Shown here one piece after another: positions 63,401 through 63,796 of a stretch of DNA of 63,796 nt. The stretch is from Pocillopora damicornis (taxonomy: Eukaryota), in contig NW_020847337.1 in the NCBI RefSeq assembly GCF_003704095.1, positions 62,205 to 126,000 on the forward strand. The letters run 5' to 3'. The notes under the pieces were generated by a model that did not search any database, had not been told where the DNA came from, and saw only the letters and a program-made list of their open reading frames with translations. Positions within the stretch are counted from its first letter, which is position 1. Every line of letters starts with the position of its first letter. The translations under genes and the position numbers were made by a program.

Positions 63401-63796
63401 TAGAAATTGGCGACAGAAATGGAGAGGCAACAAGCTACACGAACCTCGGACCACTGTTGGAATCGCTTGGAAAAATCGACGAGGCCCGAGAATACCTGGA
63501 GAAAGCTCTCACTATCAAAATAAAAACTGGCGAAAGACATGGCGAGGCAACAATCTATGGGAACCTCGGAAGAGTGTTCCGACGGCTTGGCAAATACGAC
63601 AAGGCCCGAGAATACCTGGAGAAAGCTCTCGCTATCCAAATAGAAAATGGCGACAGTCATGGAGAGGCAATAAGCTACTCGAGCCTCGGAGCACTGTTGA
63701 CATCGCTTGGTAATTATGACAGGGCCCGAGAATACTTGGAGAAAGCCCTACATATTTTCAGGAGAATTGGCCAAAGAGAAGGAGAGGTAGGCACTT
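60411..63796 (+). CDS. TTC28-like TPR-array protein, copy 2; interrupted by two N gaps and running off the window end
   Basis: Acceptor at 60409-60410 and ATG at 60430 (MKDTEEEF). The 120-bp TPR units continue in each contig piece (to 62181, 62595-63017, 63118-63796). The last unit diverges (EKALHIFRRIGQREGEVG), suggesting the end of the homogeneous array. Confidence 0.87.

Larger units (their letters stand above)
54760..63796 (+). repeat. Tandem segmental duplication of the TPR gene with ~1.4 kb of upstream sequence (units ~54760-58887 and 58988-63796)
   Basis: Non-coding 54760-56197 aligns collinearly with 58988-60429, including the C-rich tract and the exon-like modules. The N-terminal coding regions are close paralogues. 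Confidence 0.88.

Noticed and set aside
56576-63660. Long antisense ORFs over the TPR arrays (LDSESFLQVFSGLVVFAK repeats)
   Set aside because: By-product of a 120-bp unit that happens to lack stops on the reverse strand; it is broken wherever single substitutions create stops.
56638-63796. CRISPR-like or DGR-like reading of the regular repeats with variable positions
   Set aside because: The units are contiguous coding TPRs with no spacers. There is no template repeat or intact reverse transcriptase, and variation is not restricted to adenines.

Overview
AT-rich, intron-containing animal genomic DNA from a draft assembly with many N gaps. The gene set, the repeat families and the TPR/CHAT expansion suggest a cnidarian, probably a stony coral (inference). 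The first ~40 kb is a compact block of conserved genes whose exons I joined by hand with consistent GT-AG phases: ARMC6 (-, 4 exons), a PTTG1IP-like gene (+, 2 exons, head-to-head with ARMC6), an intronless orphan multi-pass membrane ORF (-), CHSY1-like (-, 2 exons), AMACR (+, 4 exons) and a RYK-like WIF-domain receptor pseudokinase (+, 13 exons). The last ~23 kb is an unstable, gap-ridden cluster of at least four TPR/CHAT paralogue pieces. These are two CHAT (caspase-like protease) 3' ends in inverted orientation and two tandem genes with long, uninterrupted arrays of near-identical 120-bp (40-aa) TPR units. Amino-acid variation in those units is concentrated on one helical face, which is the pattern expected of a rapidly diversifying recognition receptor. 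Also in this cluster: a multiply duplicated 93-nt exon-like module upstream of the TPR exons, Ty3/Gypsy remnants (one with a perfect fold-back hairpin at its break), and a decayed 2A-like + herpes-type deubiquitinase ORF. All family calls rest on motif recognition by eye; no searches were run.
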